45,046 nt of DNA, from assembly GCA_946545145.1 (NCBI GenBank), contig CAMNNG010000001.1:1-45046 (forward strand), written 5' to 3'. The translations under genes were made by a program, and so were the position numbers. Under the pieces are notes generated by a model. It was not told the DNA's origin and did no database searches. It saw nothing but the letters and a program-made list of their open reading frames with translations. Shown one piece after another: positions 9,128 through 19,840 of this stretch; position 1 is the first letter of the stretch; every line of letters begins with the position of its first letter. Origin of the DNA: an uncultured Bacillota bacterium (GTDB taxonomy: Bacteria; Bacillota; Clostridia; Peptostreptococcales; Anaerovoracaceae).

Positions 9128-10554
9128 TCGAGAGTTTCGATGCGTGACGTCTGCGCGATCTCGAGTTCGAACCAGACCGTTGTTCCTTTTCCGACCTTGC
9201 TTTCGACTCCGAATTTGCTGGAGTGGAGCTGCAGGATCTCTTTGACGATCGAAAGACCCAGGCCCGATCCGGTAGTCGGACGCACGTGGTTGCTGCTCGT
9301 TTTGTAGTGGCGGTCCCAGATGTGTTCGAGCTCTTCGGGCTTGATGCCGACGCCGTGGTCGATGATCTCGCAGTGGACCGTCCTGCCCCAGCGGCGTACG
9401 TTGATGAAGATCTTTTTGTCTGTGCCGCAGTATTTGACTGCGTTCGTCAGCAGGTTCGATACGACCTGCTTGATGCGCTCTTCATCGCCCCAGACGATGA
9501 TCTCGTCTCTGCAGTTGAACGTTATATCATAGCCCTCGTTGACGATGAGTATCTCATACGGAGCGAGGACGCTTTCTATTGCGGACTTCAGATCGAAGGC
9601 GCTCATATCGAGCGTCAGCGTTCCGGACTGCATTGCCGAAAGGGTGAGCATGTCGCTGACGAGCTTGTTCAGTCTGTCGGATTCTTCTATGATGACCTGC
9701 AGATGATCGTTCCTCTTTTCGGGGTTGTCTCCCGAAAGGTCGCGTATCATCTCTGCGTATGATTTGATCATGGTAAGCGGAGTCCTCAGGTCATGCGATA
9801 CATTCGCCATGAGGTCCCTCTGCATCATCTGCGAGCGCTCGAGCTCGCTCGACATGAGGTTCAGGGTGTTTCCGAGCTCCGTGATCTCGGTGTATTCGTC
9901 GCTCGTCGGGAAGACGAGTCCGTAGTCACCGCGGGCCATCCTGTGCGCCGTCCTCGTCAGTCTCTTGATAGGTTTCGATATCCTCTGCGAGAGGAAGATG
10001 GATACCAGGAAGGCGAGGACGAGTGATATGAAGATGATGTAGGTGAACTGCTTTTGCAGTATATTGATGGTCGAAGCTACGGGGTAGAGCGGTGAGACGA
10101 GGTAGAGCGTCGATGTCCCGCTCTTGTTGATGTACTGGGCGTTCGTGTACGACCTTCGCGATGTCTTTTCGTTGGTCATCGTGAAGCTGACTACAGGATC
10201 CTTATTCGTCGATGCCGCCAGCTTGACCGCGGCTTCTTCGATCTCCATCTTGTAGGCGTCGTTCTGGTGCTCCGGGTATACCGTTTCACCGTCTTTCACT
10301 ATCAATATATATATATCGTCGTTTTCGGAAATGGTGTTGGCGTGCTTGACGACGTTCGAGATATCGTTTTTCTTGTACGAAGAGATTATCTCGTTCGCGA
10401 CGTCGTCGGTGTGGCTGATCTTCATCGACTCGTAGTAGTTGTTGACGAAGAAGATCTGCAAAAACCACATCATAGCAAGGATTATACCTGTGAAAAGCAG
10501 CAGATATAACCATATTCTGAAACGTATACTTCTGAAATCGAATCTAGACCTCAA
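9124..10554 (-). CDS. Sensor histidine kinase (2 TM, HAMP, HisKA, HATPase_c)
   Basis: H-box SHDLRTPL, N-box NLLTNAVKY, and G-boxes DHGVGI and GSGLGLSIV. Two hydrophobic segments flank a periplasmic loop of about 130 aa. The start overlaps the response-regulator stop by 11 nt. Confidence 0.9.
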   Translation of the reverse strand: MRSRFDFRSIRFRIWLYLLLFTGIILAMMWFLQIFFVNNYYESMKISHTDDVANEIISSYKKNDISNVVKHANTISENDDIYILIVKDGETVYPEHQNDAYKMEIEEAAVKLAASTNKDPVVSFTMTNEKTSRRSYTNAQYINKSGTSTLYLVSPLYPVASTINILQKQFTYIIFISLVLAFLVSIFLSQRISKPIKRLTRTAHRMARGDYGLVFPTSDEYTEITELGNTLNLMSSELERSQMMQRDLMANVSHDLRTPLTMIKSYAEMIRDLSGDNPEKRNDHLQVIIEESDRLNKLVSDMLTLSAMQSGTLTLDMSAFDLKSAIESVLAPYEILIVNEGYDITFNCRDEIIVWGDEERIKQVVSNLLTNAVKYCGTDKKIFINVRRWGRTVHCEIIDHGVGIKPEELEHIWDRHYKTSSNHVRPTTGSGLGLSIVKEILQLHSSKFGVESKVGKGTTVWFELEIAQTSRIETLD

Positions 10555-11218
10555 ATTTGTAGCCTACTCCCCTCAATGTAACTATGTGGTCTCTGTAGGG
10601 ACCAAGGTTGTTCCTGAGATTCTTGATGTGGGTGTCGATCGTTCTGTCGTCTCCGAAGAAGTCATACCCCCAGATATCCTGGAGCAGCTTGTCTCTAGAG
10701 AGAGCTATGTTCTTGTTTTCGACGAGGAAGAAGAGAAGGTCGTACTCCTTCGGAGTGAGCTCTATCTTTTCTCCGTCTACCGTGACCGAACGTCCCGGTA
10801 TGTCTATGACGAGGCCGCCGAATTCCATGACCTCGTTCGTTTCCTGCTGGCCGCCGCTGTTGTGGCGGGCGAGAACGGCGTTGACTCTCGCCATCAGCTC
10901 TTTCGGACTGAACGGTTTGACCATATAGTCGTCGATGCCCAGCTCGAAGCCGAAGAGCTTGTCGTACTCTTCACCTCTTGCGGAAAGCATGATGACAGGG
11001 ATGTCCTTGATCTTTTTGATTTCCTTGCAGGCGGAAAAACCGTCGAGCTTCGGCATCATGACATCCATGATAATAATGTCGTAGTTATTGAGTTTGACCA
11101 GACCGACGGCGCTCATGCCGTCCTCGGCCTCAGTGACTTCAAAGCCGTTGAATTCCGAGTATTCGCGAATGACCTCGCGGATCTTGGCTTCGTCGTCGAC
11201 TACAAGTATCTTATACAT
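10544..11218 (-). CDS. OmpR/PhoB-family response regulator
   Basis: Receiver domain (VVDDE...MDVMMP...KPF) plus winged helix (LTPKEYDLLFFL...LRGVGYKF). GGAGG followed by 5 nt precedes the ATG for MYKILVVDD, so the track start at 11230 overlaps the SD. Confidence 0.9.
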   Translation of the reverse strand: MYKILVVDDEAKIREVIREYSEFNGFEVTEAEDGMSAVGLVKLNNYDIIIMDVMMPKLDGFSACKEIKKIKDIPVIMLSARGEEYDKLFGFELGIDDYMVKPFSPKELMARVNAVLARHNSGGQQETNEVMEFGGLVIDIPGRSVTVDGEKIELTPKEYDLLFFLVENKNIALSRDKLLQDIWGYDFFGDDRTIDTHIKNLRNNLGPYRDHIVTLRGVGYKFEV

Positions 11219-11320
11219 AAAAACCTCCATTTGGCAGATTCACAAATCAAATTGCATACGCATCTATTCTATCACAAATACGAATAAAAGAGTGTTCAAT
11301 TTGTGAAGGTGCTATTTTTG

Positions 11321-11349
11321 TTGATATTTAAAGGTGAAAGTGGTATAAT
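11321..11349 (+). promoter_or_regulatory. Candidate sigma-A promoter of the CYTH-tig-clpPX-lon operon
   Basis: TTGATA (11321-11326), 17-nt spacer, TATAAT (11344-11349). Confidence 0.55.
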
Positions 11350-11383
11350 TTTCGCACTTGTGTAAAAGGAGAAGTGTCGAAAA

Positions 11384-12055
11384 ATGGAAGTAGAACTCAA
11401 GTACGCCATTGCCGACGAAGCCACAGCCGACCGTATCTGGGAGGACGAATGGCTGGCGGGAATGGCAGAGCCGCAAACGCGCAGCTGTGAGCGATTTCAT
11501 GGCGCTTACTACGACACGGCAGACCGTTTGCTTTTACAAAACAAAATAGCCTTCAGAGTAAGGCAGGAAGGCCACTTCATAGTCGCGGCGCTGAAGTGGG
11601 ACGGCGACAGCGAAGGCGCCCTGCACAAGCGCGAAGAGCTGAACGTGACGATCGGAAGCGTGCCTGAAGACCCGGAAGGCGGCGAGGCGGGATTCGGCCA
11701 CGAAGGACTGCCCGAAGACGTCGACCTGAAGTGTTTTGAAGAAAGCGATATCGGCGCCAGAGTGATAGCTCTGACCGAAGGCAAAAAACTGCAAAAGCTG
11801 ATGGAGACAGATGTTTCAAGACGGCATATGCGGGTAGATACCGGAAGCGGGATACACGAGGTCTCGATCGACACCGGACTTCTGAAGGCCGGTGGAAGGT
11901 CTTCGCCGATACTCGAGATAGAGATAGAACAGTTCCAGGGTGAGGAGGAAGATCTCCTGAAGACCGGAAAGGTCCTTGAGGAGAAATACGATCTCACGCC
12001 GGAACACAGAAGCAAATTCGCAAGAGGACTCACATTGTTGGGTATAGAAAAATAG
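11384..12055 (+). CDS. CYTH-domain protein (triphosphate tunnel metalloenzyme family)
   Basis: N-terminal EVELKY (ExExK signature) and a length of 223 aa typical of stand-alone CYTH proteins. Confidence 0.75.
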   Translation: MEVELKYAIADEATADRIWEDEWLAGMAEPQTRSCERFHGAYYDTADRLLLQNKIAFRVRQEGHFIVAALKWDGDSEGALHKREELNVTIGSVPEDPEGGEAGFGHEGLPEDVDLKCFEESDIGARVIALTEGKKLQKLMETDVSRRHMRVDTGSGIHEVSIDTGLLKAGGRSSPILEIEIEQFQGEEEDLLKTGKVLEEKYDLTPEHRSKFARGLTLLGIEK

Positions 12056-12082
12056 GAAACGTTGGAGGAGGAACAAACAACA

Positions 12083-13417
12083 ATGAAAGCAGCACTTATT
12101 TCTAAGGAAAACGGAGAAGCAAAACTTACGATGGACTTTACGGCTGAAGAGCTCGAACAGGCCGTCATCAAGGTATATCAGAGAAACAAGGACAAGTATC
12201 CTGTAGACGGATTCAGAAAGGGCAAGGCCCCCAGAAGCATCATCGAAAAGCGTTACGGCGCAAACGTTTTCACTGAAGAAGCGATCAACGATCTGTTCAA
12301 CGCTGAGTATCCGAAGGCTATCGGAGAGCTCGAGCTCGCAGTTATCGACGCTCCCAGGATCGAATTCTCGGAGATCAAGAAGGGCGAAGACTTCAAAACT
12401 ACAGTAACAGTAGCCATCTATCCGGATGTTGAAGTCAAGAACTACAAGGGCATCGAGATCGAAAGAGTAGACAGCGAAGTAACAGATGAAGATATCGACA
12501 ACGAGCTCGCTATGATGCAGAAGAGAAACGCACGTATCGTCACAGTCGACAGACCGGCTGCAGAAGGCGACACAGTAGTCATCGACTACAAGGGCTTCGT
12601 AGGCGAAGAGCAGTTCGAAGGCGGCACAGCAGAAGCTTACTCCCTCGTACTCGGATCGGGCAGCTTCATCCCGGGATTCGAAGATCAGCTGATCGGAACA
12701 GTCAAGGACGAAGAGAAGGACGTTGTCGTTACATTCCCCGAGCAGTACCACTCGGCAGACCTCGCAGGAAAAGACGCAGTCTTCAAGTGCAAGGTACACG
12801 AAGTCAAGGAAGAGCAGCTTCCTGACCTCGACGACGAGTTCGCAAAAGACACGAGCGAATACGACACACTCGACGAGCTCAAAGAGAGCGTCAGGAAAGA
12901 CGTTGCAAAGAGAAAAGAAGCGCAGGCTGAGAGCCGCATGAAGGACCGCGTCCTCGAAGGCCTCTATGACGCTAACGATATCGACGTTCCGGAAGTAATG
13001 GTTTCGGATGAGATCGACAGCATGGTCAGAGAGTCCGAGCAGCAGCTCCAGATGTCCGGCATCCAGCTTTCGCAGTACCTCGAGATGCTCGGAAAGAACA
13101 TGCAGGACTTCCGTGAGGACATCAAGGACGAAGCTCTCAGAAGAGTCAAGAGCAGAATGCTCGTACAGGCTGTCGTTGAGGCAGAGGACATCCAGGCTAC
13201 AGAAGAGCAGGTCAACGAGCAGATCGACCTCATGGCTATCCAGTATGGAATGGAAGCTGACAAGATCAGAGAAGCTCTCGGAACAGAGAACCTGGTCTAT
13301 GTTGAAAGCGACATCAAGATGAGGAACGCTATCCAGTTCATGTTCGACAATGCCGTAATCACAGAGCCGAAGGAAGAAGAGGCTGCTGAAGAGGCTGAGA
13401 GCGCTGATGCTGAGTAA
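12083..13417 (+). CDS. tig: Trigger factor
   Basis: Ribosome-binding signature GFRKGKAP, an FKBP-type PPIase core and an acidic tail. GGAGGAGG lies upstream of ATG 12083; the track start at 12062 is a TTG inside the SD. Confidence 0.93.
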   Translation: MKAALISKENGEAKLTMDFTAEELEQAVIKVYQRNKDKYPVDGFRKGKAPRSIIEKRYGANVFTEEAINDLFNAEYPKAIGELELAVIDAPRIEFSEIKKGEDFKTTVTVAIYPDVEVKNYKGIEIERVDSEVTDEDIDNELAMMQKRNARIVTVDRPAAEGDTVVIDYKGFVGEEQFEGGTAEAYSLVLGSGSFIPGFEDQLIGTVKDEEKDVVVTFPEQYHSADLAGKDAVFKCKVHEVKEEQLPDLDDEFAKDTSEYDTLDELKESVRKDVAKRKEAQAESRMKDRVLEGLYDANDIDVPEVMVSDEIDSMVRESEQQLQMSGIQLSQYLEMLGKNMQDFREDIKDEALRRVKSRMLVQAVVEAEDIQATEEQVNEQIDLMAIQYGMEADKIREALGTENLVYVESDIKMRNAIQFMFDNAVITEPKEEEAAEEAESADAE

Positions 13418-13449
13418 GCGAAGACCAAAAGCGGAAAGGAGAACAGATT

Positions 13450-14031
13450 ATGCCTCTTATACCGTATGTAGTTGACCAGACAGGTCACGGTGAAAGAACG
13501 TATGATATTTTCTCGAGACTCCTCAAGGACAGGATCATATTCATAGGCGAAGAGATAGACGAGCACATGGCGAGTCTGGTCATCGCCCAGATCCTCTTCC
13601 TCGAAGCGGAGGACAGCGAGAAGGATATCTGCATATACATCAACAGTCCGGGCGGCTCAGTGAGCGCGGGCATGGCGATATATGACACCATGCAGTACGT
13701 CCGTCCGGACATCTCGACGATCTGCGTGGGAATGGCGGCCAGCATGGGCGCATTCCTGCTTTCCGCAGGTACGAAGGGCAAAAGGTTCGCTCTTCCGAAC
13801 GCGGAGATCATGATCCACCAGCCGCTCGGCGGCGCTCAGGGTCAGGCGGAGGACATCAGGATCCAGGCTGAGCACATCCTCAGGATCAGAGAAAAGCTCA
13901 ACAAGATCCTCAGCCGCAACACCGGCCGTCCTCTGGAAGAGATCGAAAGAGACGTTGACAGAGACAACTATATGACAGCTGATGAGGCCGCTGCTTACGG
14001 CCTTATCGACAAAGTGATAACAGAAAGATAA
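13450..14031 (+). CDS. clpP: ATP-dependent Clp protease proteolytic subunit
   Basis: Catalytic Ser context GMAASMGA and His context MIHQPLGG, in a 193-aa protein. Confidence 0.97.
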   Translation: MPLIPYVVDQTGHGERTYDIFSRLLKDRIIFIGEEIDEHMASLVIAQILFLEAEDSEKDICIYINSPGGSVSAGMAIYDTMQYVRPDISTICVGMAASMGAFLLSAGTKGKRFALPNAEIMIHQPLGGAQGQAEDIRIQAEHILRIREKLNKILSRNTGRPLEEIERDVDRDNYMTADEAAAYGLIDKVITER

Positions 14032-14052
14032 AAGCAGGAAAGAGAACATTTT

Positions 14053-15324
14053 ATGGCGAATTACGAAGACAGCGAAATAAGATGCTCGTTCTGCGGAAGA
14101 CCGCAGAGCCAGGTGAAGAGGATCGTGGCGGGACCCGACGTATATATCTGCAATGACTGCGTCGATCTTTGCCGCGACATCATCGCCGAGGGCATGAACG
14201 AGATGACAGAGCAGGCCGATGAAGGAAGACTCCTCAAACCGAAGGAGATCGCAGAGGCTCTCTCGGAGTACGTCATCGGACAGGATGAGGCCAAGAAGGC
14301 CCTCGCTGTTGCTGTGTACAACCACTACAAAAGAATAGGAAGACTTGGCGATACCGACAACGATGTGGAGCTCCAGAAGAGCAACATCATCATGATCGGA
14401 CCTACAGGTTCAGGTAAGACGCTTCTTGCCCAGACGCTGGCAAGAATACTTAACGTGCCTTTTGCCATTGCCGATGCCACTACGCTTACTGAAGCTGGCT
14501 ACGTCGGCGAGGACGTCGAGAACATCCTGCTCAAGCTGATCCAGGCTGCTGACGGCGACATAGAAAGAGCTCAGAAGGGCATCATCTATGTCGACGAGAT
14601 CGACAAGATCGCAAGAAGGAGCGAGAACCCGTCGATCACGCGCGACGTCAGCGGTGAAGGCGTACAGCAGGCTCTGCTCAAGATACTTGAAGGCACAGTG
14701 GCGAACGTACCGCCGCAGGGCGGAAGAAAGCACCCCCAGCAGGAGTTCATGCAGTTCGATACGAAGGACGTAATGTTCATCTGCGGAGGAGCGTTTGACG
14801 GACTCGAGAATATCATCAAAAGAAGAGTCGGCGAAAAAGTGATCGGTTTCAATTCCGAGACATCGGGTAAAATGCCGGAGAAGGACGAAGTTCTCAAACT
14901 GGTACAGTCCGAAGACCTTTTGAAGTTTGGCCTTATCCCGGAGTTCATCGGAAGGCTCCCGTCCATAGTCACGCTCGAAGAGCTGGATGAGGACGCCCTC
15001 GTCAGGATCATCACAGAGCCGAAGAACGCCCTCGTCAAGCAGTACGCAAAGCTGTTTGAGCTTGACGGCGTCGATTTTGAGATCGACGATGAAGCTATCA
15101 GGAGCATCGCGAAGAAAGCTCTCGAAAAGAAGACCGGCGCGAGAGGTCTCAGAAATATCATGGAGAACATCATGCGCGATATCATGTATGAGATCCCGTC
15201 GCGAGACGATGTTGAAAAATGCATCGTAAGCAAGGCTTCCATAGAAGATGAGAACATCAAACCGGCACTTGTTCTGAAGACGAAGACAGCCGGCATGGAA
15301 AAACTGAAAGAGGAATCGGCATAG
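14053..15324 (+). CDS. clpX: ATP-dependent Clp protease ATP-binding subunit ClpX
   Basis: N-terminal C4 zinc module CSFCG...CNDC, Walker A GPTGSGKT and Walker B IYVDEIDK. Confidence 0.97.
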   Translation: MANYEDSEIRCSFCGRPQSQVKRIVAGPDVYICNDCVDLCRDIIAEGMNEMTEQADEGRLLKPKEIAEALSEYVIGQDEAKKALAVAVYNHYKRIGRLGDTDNDVELQKSNIIMIGPTGSGKTLLAQTLARILNVPFAIADATTLTEAGYVGEDVENILLKLIQAADGDIERAQKGIIYVDEIDKIARRSENPSITRDVSGEGVQQALLKILEGTVANVPPQGGRKHPQQEFMQFDTKDVMFICGGAFDGLENIIKRRVGEKVIGFNSETSGKMPEKDEVLKLVQSEDLLKFGLIPEFIGRLPSIVTLEELDEDALVRIITEPKNALVKQYAKLFELDGVDFEIDDEAIRSIAKKALEKKTGARGLRNIMENIMRDIMYEIPSRDDVEKCIVSKASIEDENIKPALVLKTKTAGMEKLKEESA

Positions 15325-15336
15325 AAGGAGAAAAGA

Positions 15337-17697
15337 ATGGCTGCAAGATCAAAAAGTCTGTTCGATGAAAAGATCGACAGAAACGACGAAGGCATGCTGA
15401 TATTGCCTATGATACCTTTGCGCGGTCTGACCATATTTCCGAATATGGTCCTTCATTTTGATATAGGCCGTGAAAAGTCGATCAACGCGCTTGAGAAGGC
15501 AATGATCAACAATCAGTACATATTCCTCTCGACACAGATGGATGAAAACACGGATCTTCCGACGGCAGATGATTTCTACAGGATCGGCACCGTTGCGAAA
15601 GTAAAGCAGATGCTGAGGCTGCCCGGGGATTCGATCAGAGTCCTCGTTGAAGGAATAACGAGAGGCCGCATCTCGAGGATGCTTATCGAAGTACCGTACT
15701 TCAAATGCGAAGTAGAAGAACTCGAAGATGACGAGCCTGTCAGAACGACGGCAAGGACAGAGGCCCTGATGCGTTCGGTCCTCGCTGGTTTTGACGAATA
15801 CATACACCTCAGTCAGAGACTGTCCGAGGAGACATATGCGACGGTCGCGACTATCAGCGAGCCGGGAAGGTTCGCCGATATAGTCGCTTCCCACCTCGAC
15901 GTCAAGACTGAAGAAAAACAGCAGATACTCGAATGCCTGAACATAGGCGAGAGACTTGAGAAGCTGAACGACCTGCTCATGAGAGAGATAGAGATCCTCA
16001 ATATCGAGAACGATATCTCGAGCAAGGTCAAGACGCAGATCAACCAGAACCAGAAAGAATACTATCTGCGCGAGCAGATGCGCGCCATCAGAGAAGAGCT
16101 CGGCTCCGAAGAGGAGATCGATGACGAGATCGAAGAGTGGCGCCGCCAGCTTGCGGAGCTCGATCTTCCTGAAAAGACGACTGAGAAGATCGAAAAGGAA
16201 ATAAAGAGATTCTCATATATGCAGCCGTCGTCCGCAGAGGGCACGGTCATCAGGACATATATCGAGACGATCCTCTCGCTTCCCTGGAACAAGGAAAGCA
16301 AGACCGAGATCGACCTCAACCACTCGCAGGAGATCCTGGACGAAGATCACTACGGTCTCGAAAAGGTCAAGGAAAGAGTCCTTGAATACCTGGCGGTAGT
16401 ACAGCTGTCGGGCCAGATCAAGGGACCCATCCTCTGCCTGGTAGGACCTCCGGGAACAGGTAAGACATCGATCGTCAAATCGATCGCTCGCTCGATCAAC
16501 AGAGAGTACGTCAGGATGTCGCTCGGCGGAGTCAGGGACGAGGCTGAGATCAGAGGTCACAGAAGGACATACATCGGCGCTATCCCGGGCCGCGTGATCA
16601 ACTGCATCAAAGAAGCTGGAACGAAGAACCCTGTATTCCTCTTCGACGAAGTCGACAAGATAGGAGCGGACTTCAGGGGAGACCCGGCAAGCGCACTGCT
16701 CGAAGTCCTCGACCCCGAGCAGAACAAGGAGTTCACGGACCACTACCTCGAGACGCCGTTCGACCTTTCGAACGTAATGTTCATAACGACGGCGAACACG
16801 ACATCGACAATACCAAGACCGCTCCTCGACAGGATGGAGGTCATCGATGTTTCGGGATACACCGAAGAGGACAAAGTCCAGATAGCTAAGAAATACCTGA
16901 TCCCGAAGAGCGTGAAGACTCACGGCCTTCACAAGAAGAATATAAAGATCAGCGAAAAGGCGATAAGAGACATCATCAACTACTACACCAGAGAGTCCGG
17001 AGTCAGAAACCTCGAAAGAGAGATCCAGAACCTCTGCAGGAAGGTCGCGAGAAAGATCGTGACAGACGAGGGCGATGAGTACTCGATCACCGGAGCCAAC
17101 CTCTCTGACTACCTCGGAAAGAGAAAGTTCCGCTACGACAAGATCAAGGGCGAAAAGGAAGTCGGCGTCACGACAGGTCTGGCATGGACGATCGTGGGCG
17201 GCGAGACGCTCTTCATCGAGACGGTCGCTGTACCGGGAAGCGGAAAGCTCCAGCTGACAGGTCAGATGGGCGACGTAATGCAGGAGTCCGCAAGGACAGG
17301 CATCAGTTACATCAGATCGATAGCCGATGAGCTCGGAATAGAAGAAGAATTCTACAAAACAAAGGATATCCATATACATATCCCAGAAGGCGCCGTTCCC
17401 AAGGACGGACCGTCAGCCGGCGTAACGATGTGCGTCGCAATGATATCGACGCTTACAGGCCGCCCGGCAAGAAAGGATATCGCGATGACCGGAGAGATCT
17501 CGCTTCGCGGCAATGTAATGCCGGTAGGCGGCATCAGGGAAAAGGTCCTTGCGGCCCACAGGGCAGGGATCAAGAAGGTCCTGATCCCGAGGGAGTGCGA
17601 AAAGGATATCGATGAGATACCGGAAAAGGTAAGAGAACAGATGGAATTCGTCCTGATCGACAAGGTCAGAGACGCCATGGAGCAGGTTCTCGTATAA
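15337..17697 (+). CDS. lon: Lon protease (LonA)
   Basis: LON N-domain, Walker [10 protein letters not shown] and catalytic Ser context [10 protein letters not shown], in a 786-aa protein. Confidence 0.97.
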   Translation: MAARSKSLFDEKIDRNDEGMLILPMIPLRGLTIFPNMVLHFDIGREKSINALEKAMINNQYIFLSTQMDENTDLPTADDFYRIGTVAKVKQMLRLPGDSIRVLVEGITRGRISRMLIEVPYFKCEVEELEDDEPVRTTARTEALMRSVLAGFDEYIHLSQRLSEETYATVATISEPGRFADIVASHLDVKTEEKQQILECLNIGERLEKLNDLLMREIEILNIENDISSKVKTQINQNQKEYYLREQMRAIREELGSEEEIDDEIEEWRRQLAELDLPEKTTEKIEKEIKRFSYMQPSSAEGTVIRTYIETILSLPWNKESKTEIDLNHSQEILDEDHYGLEKVKERVLEYLAVVQLSGQIKGPILCLVGPPGTGKTSIVKSIARSINREYVRMSLGGVRDEAEIRGHRRTYIGAIPGRVINCIKEAGTKNPVFLFDEVDKIGADFRGDPASALLEVLDPEQNKEFTDHYLETPFDLSNVMFITTANTTSTIPRPLLDRMEVIDVSGYTEEDKVQIAKKYLIPKSVKTHGLHKKNIKISEKAIRDIINYYTRESGVRNLEREIQNLCRKVARKIVTDEGDEYSITGANLSDYLGKRKFRYDKIKGEKEVGVTTGLAWTIVGGETLFIETVAVPGSGKLQLTGQMGDVMQESARTGISYIRSIADELGIEEEFYKTKDIHIHIPEGAVPKDGPSAGVTMCVAMISTLTGRPARKDIAMTGEISLRGNVMPVGGIREKVLAAHRAGIKKVLIPRECEKDIDEIPEKVREQMEFVLIDKVRDAMEQVLV

Positions 17698-17702
17698 GCG
17701 TA

Positions 17703-18341
17703 ATGAGGATAAAGAAGGCAGAGATAACGGCGGTATGCGCCAGAAAGAACCAGTACCCGGCGGACGACAGGCAGGAGATAGCTTTTGCCGGTCGTTCCAA
17801 TGTGGGAAAATCGTCGCTGATCAATCTGCTTACCGGACGGAAAAAGCTGGCTAAGATCAGCGGATCGCCCGGCAAGACCAGAACGATCAACTTCTACGAG
17901 ATCACGACTGACCTCGACGTGCCGTTCAGGATAGTCGATCTTCCCGGCTACGGATACGCGAAGGTCTCAAAATCGATGAGCGCAGACTGGGGCAGGATGA
18001 TGGAGGAGTACTTCACGGTCAGAGACGGTCTGAGGCGCGTTATACTGCTGGTCGATATCCGCCACGAGCCGACGAAGCAGGACGTTCAGATGTACGACTA
18101 TCTGAAGTACTACGGACTTGACGGAACGGTAGTGGCGACGAAGGCCGACAAGGTATCGAGGAACCAGCTCGCCAAACAGAAAAAGATGATCAGAAGCGCG
18201 CTCCGTATGGCTGCGGACGACGACATAGTCTGCGTTTCGGCGCTGAAGAAGACGGGGCAGGACGAACTGCTCGATGTCATGCAGGCCATTTTAGAGAGCG
18301 GCAGCTTTGAAGAAGGTAATGAGGACGGAGGAGAAGAATGA
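17703..18341 (+). CDS. engB: Ribosome biogenesis GTPase YihA/YsxC (EngB)
   Basis: G1 motif GRSNVGKSSLIN, DLPGYG and TKADK. It follows lon as in the conserved clpX-lon-ysxC arrangement. Confidence 0.9.
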   Translation: MRIKKAEITAVCARKNQYPADDRQEIAFAGRSNVGKSSLINLLTGRKKLAKISGSPGKTRTINFYEITTDLDVPFRIVDLPGYGYAKVSKSMSADWGRMMEEYFTVRDGLRRVILLVDIRHEPTKQDVQMYDYLKYYGLDGTVVATKADKVSRNQLAKQKKMIRSALRMAADDDIVCVSALKKTGQDELLDVMQAILESGSFEEGNEDGGEE

Positions 18342-18874
18342 GTTATCTTGGAGATGTCGGTGAAGTAATGATCACCGAACAGGAGATCAAGAAAAGAGCC
18401 AGAGAAATAGGACAGCAGATCACGGAAGATCATATCGATGACGATGTCATCCTGATCGGTATACTCCGCGGAGCTATAATGTGGATGACTGACCTTATGA
18501 GAAATATCGATCTGGATATAACGATCGACTTCATGGCATGCTCGAGCTACGGTTCTTCGACGAAGTCCAGCGGCGTCGTCAAGATCAACAAGGACCTCGA
18601 GGAGGACATCGAAGGAAAGAGCGTCATCATCGTCGAGGACATCATCGACTCGGGCGTGACGCTGAAATACCTCAAGGAGTACCTCGCAGGCAGAAAGCCG
18701 AAGAGCGTACAGGTCTGCGCGCTTCTCGACAAACCCGAGGGAAGACGCGCGAAGGTCGAAGGCGACTATATCGGATTCACTGTCGACGACAGATTCATAG
18801 TCGGATACGGTCTCGACTACGACCAGAGATACCGTCAGCTTCCGTACATCAGCTACCTTTCGGCTTCTGAGTAA
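18338..18874 (+). CDS. hpt: Hypoxanthine-guanine phosphoribosyltransferase
   Basis: PRPP-binding loop VIIVEDIIDSGVT and C-terminal FIVGYGLDY. The ATGA start overlaps the engB stop. Confidence 0.92.
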   Translation: MSYLGDVGEVMITEQEIKKRAREIGQQITEDHIDDDVILIGILRGAIMWMTDLMRNIDLDITIDFMACSSYGSSTKSSGVVKINKDLEEDIEGKSVIIVEDIIDSGVTLKYLKEYLAGRKPKSVQVCALLDKPEGRRAKVEGDYIGFTVDDRFIVGYGLDYDQRYRQLPYISYLSASE

Positions 18875-18921
18875 GCAGCAAGGTGCAGGCAGGCGGGAGC
18901 AGCAAAAAAACAGACACAAAG

Positions 18922-18951
18922 AGACAGATGCATGGCGCATCTGTCTTTTTT
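18922..18951. terminator. Bidirectional intrinsic terminator between convergent hpt and sdaAA
   Basis: 10-bp stem AGACAGATGC (18922-18931) / GCATCTGTCT (18937-18946). T6 follows on the plus strand, and an upstream A7 gives a T-run on the minus strand. Confidence 0.8.
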
Positions 18952-18966
18952 CGCATATATCCGCTG

Positions 18967-19830
18967 CTATCCGAAGATCTTGCATGAAAGGTCGCAGCCC
19001 GTCGGCGTGCATGCGCAGCCTCCGAGAGCAGTCTCACGCAGCTCTTTCGGGAGCGATCTTCCGACCTCCATCATGCAGTCGACCATCTCGTCGAATGGCA
19101 CATGGTGCCTGATGCCGGCCATCGAAAGCTGGGCCGACGTGAACGCGTTCGAGACGCCTATAGCGTTCCTGCTCTGGCACGGCGCTTCGACCAGTCCCGC
19201 GATCGGGTCGCAGACCATTCCCAGTATGTTCGAAATGGCAAATGAAGCAGAGTTGAGACACATATCCGGCGTTCCGCCGAGCATCTCGGTTATCGCTGAT
19301 GCGGCCATGGCTGACGCTGCGCCGACCTCAGCCTGGCATCCGCCTTCGGCTCCGGCAACGGACGCGTTCCTCATGAAGAGATAACCTACGGCCGAAGCGT
19401 TGAAGAGGCCCTTTATCAGTTCGTCATCGCTGATGTGCTCGTGTTTTGAGAGAGCCATCAGAACTCCGGGTATGACGCCGGAAGATCCGGCCGTCGGAGC
19501 CGCGACTATCAGTCCCATCGTAGCGTTGACCTCAAGGACGCTCATTGCGTAAGCGATCGCGTCCGAGAGCACCGGTCCGCAGATGCGGCACGCTGACTCG
19601 TAGGCTTTTTTCGCTTCCCCGCCGATGAGACCTCCCATCGATTTTCTGGGCTCTTCGATCGAAGAGACGGCAGCCTTTTTCATTATATCCAGTGAAACCT
19701 GCATGCGGGAAACGACATCTTCCCGAGATACTTCACTCTCCGTGATCTCTCTTCTCAGCATGATGTCCGATATCCTCATGTCGTTCTCGTGACAGAGGGC
19801 AAGCAGTTCTTTTCCGTTTTTGAAATCCAT
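18967..19830 (-). CDS. sdaAA: L-serine dehydratase (iron-sulfur dependent), alpha subunit
   Basis: 287 aa, with a conserved block around GAEGGCQAEVGAASAMAA. It lies immediately downstream of the beta subunit. Confidence 0.9.
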   Translation of the reverse strand: MDFKNGKELLALCHENDMRISDIMLRREITESEVSREDVVSRMQVSLDIMKKAAVSSIEEPRKSMGGLIGGEAKKAYESACRICGPVLSDAIAYAMSVLEVNATMGLIVAAPTAGSSGVIPGVLMALSKHEHISDDELIKGLFNASAVGYLFMRNASVAGAEGGCQAEVGAASAMAASAITEMLGGTPDMCLNSASFAISNILGMVCDPIAGLVEAPCQSRNAIGVSNAFTSAQLSMAGIRHHVPFDEMVDCMMEVGRSLPKELRETALGGCACTPTGCDLSCKIFG

Positions 19831-19840
19831 ATCGCGCCTC

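Noticed and set aside
13380-13450. I looked for a CtsR operator (tandem GGTCAAA heptads) upstream of clpP, and also upstream of clpB and lon.
   Set aside because: No tandem heptad repeat was found. clpP appears to be an internal cistron of the CYTH-tig operon.
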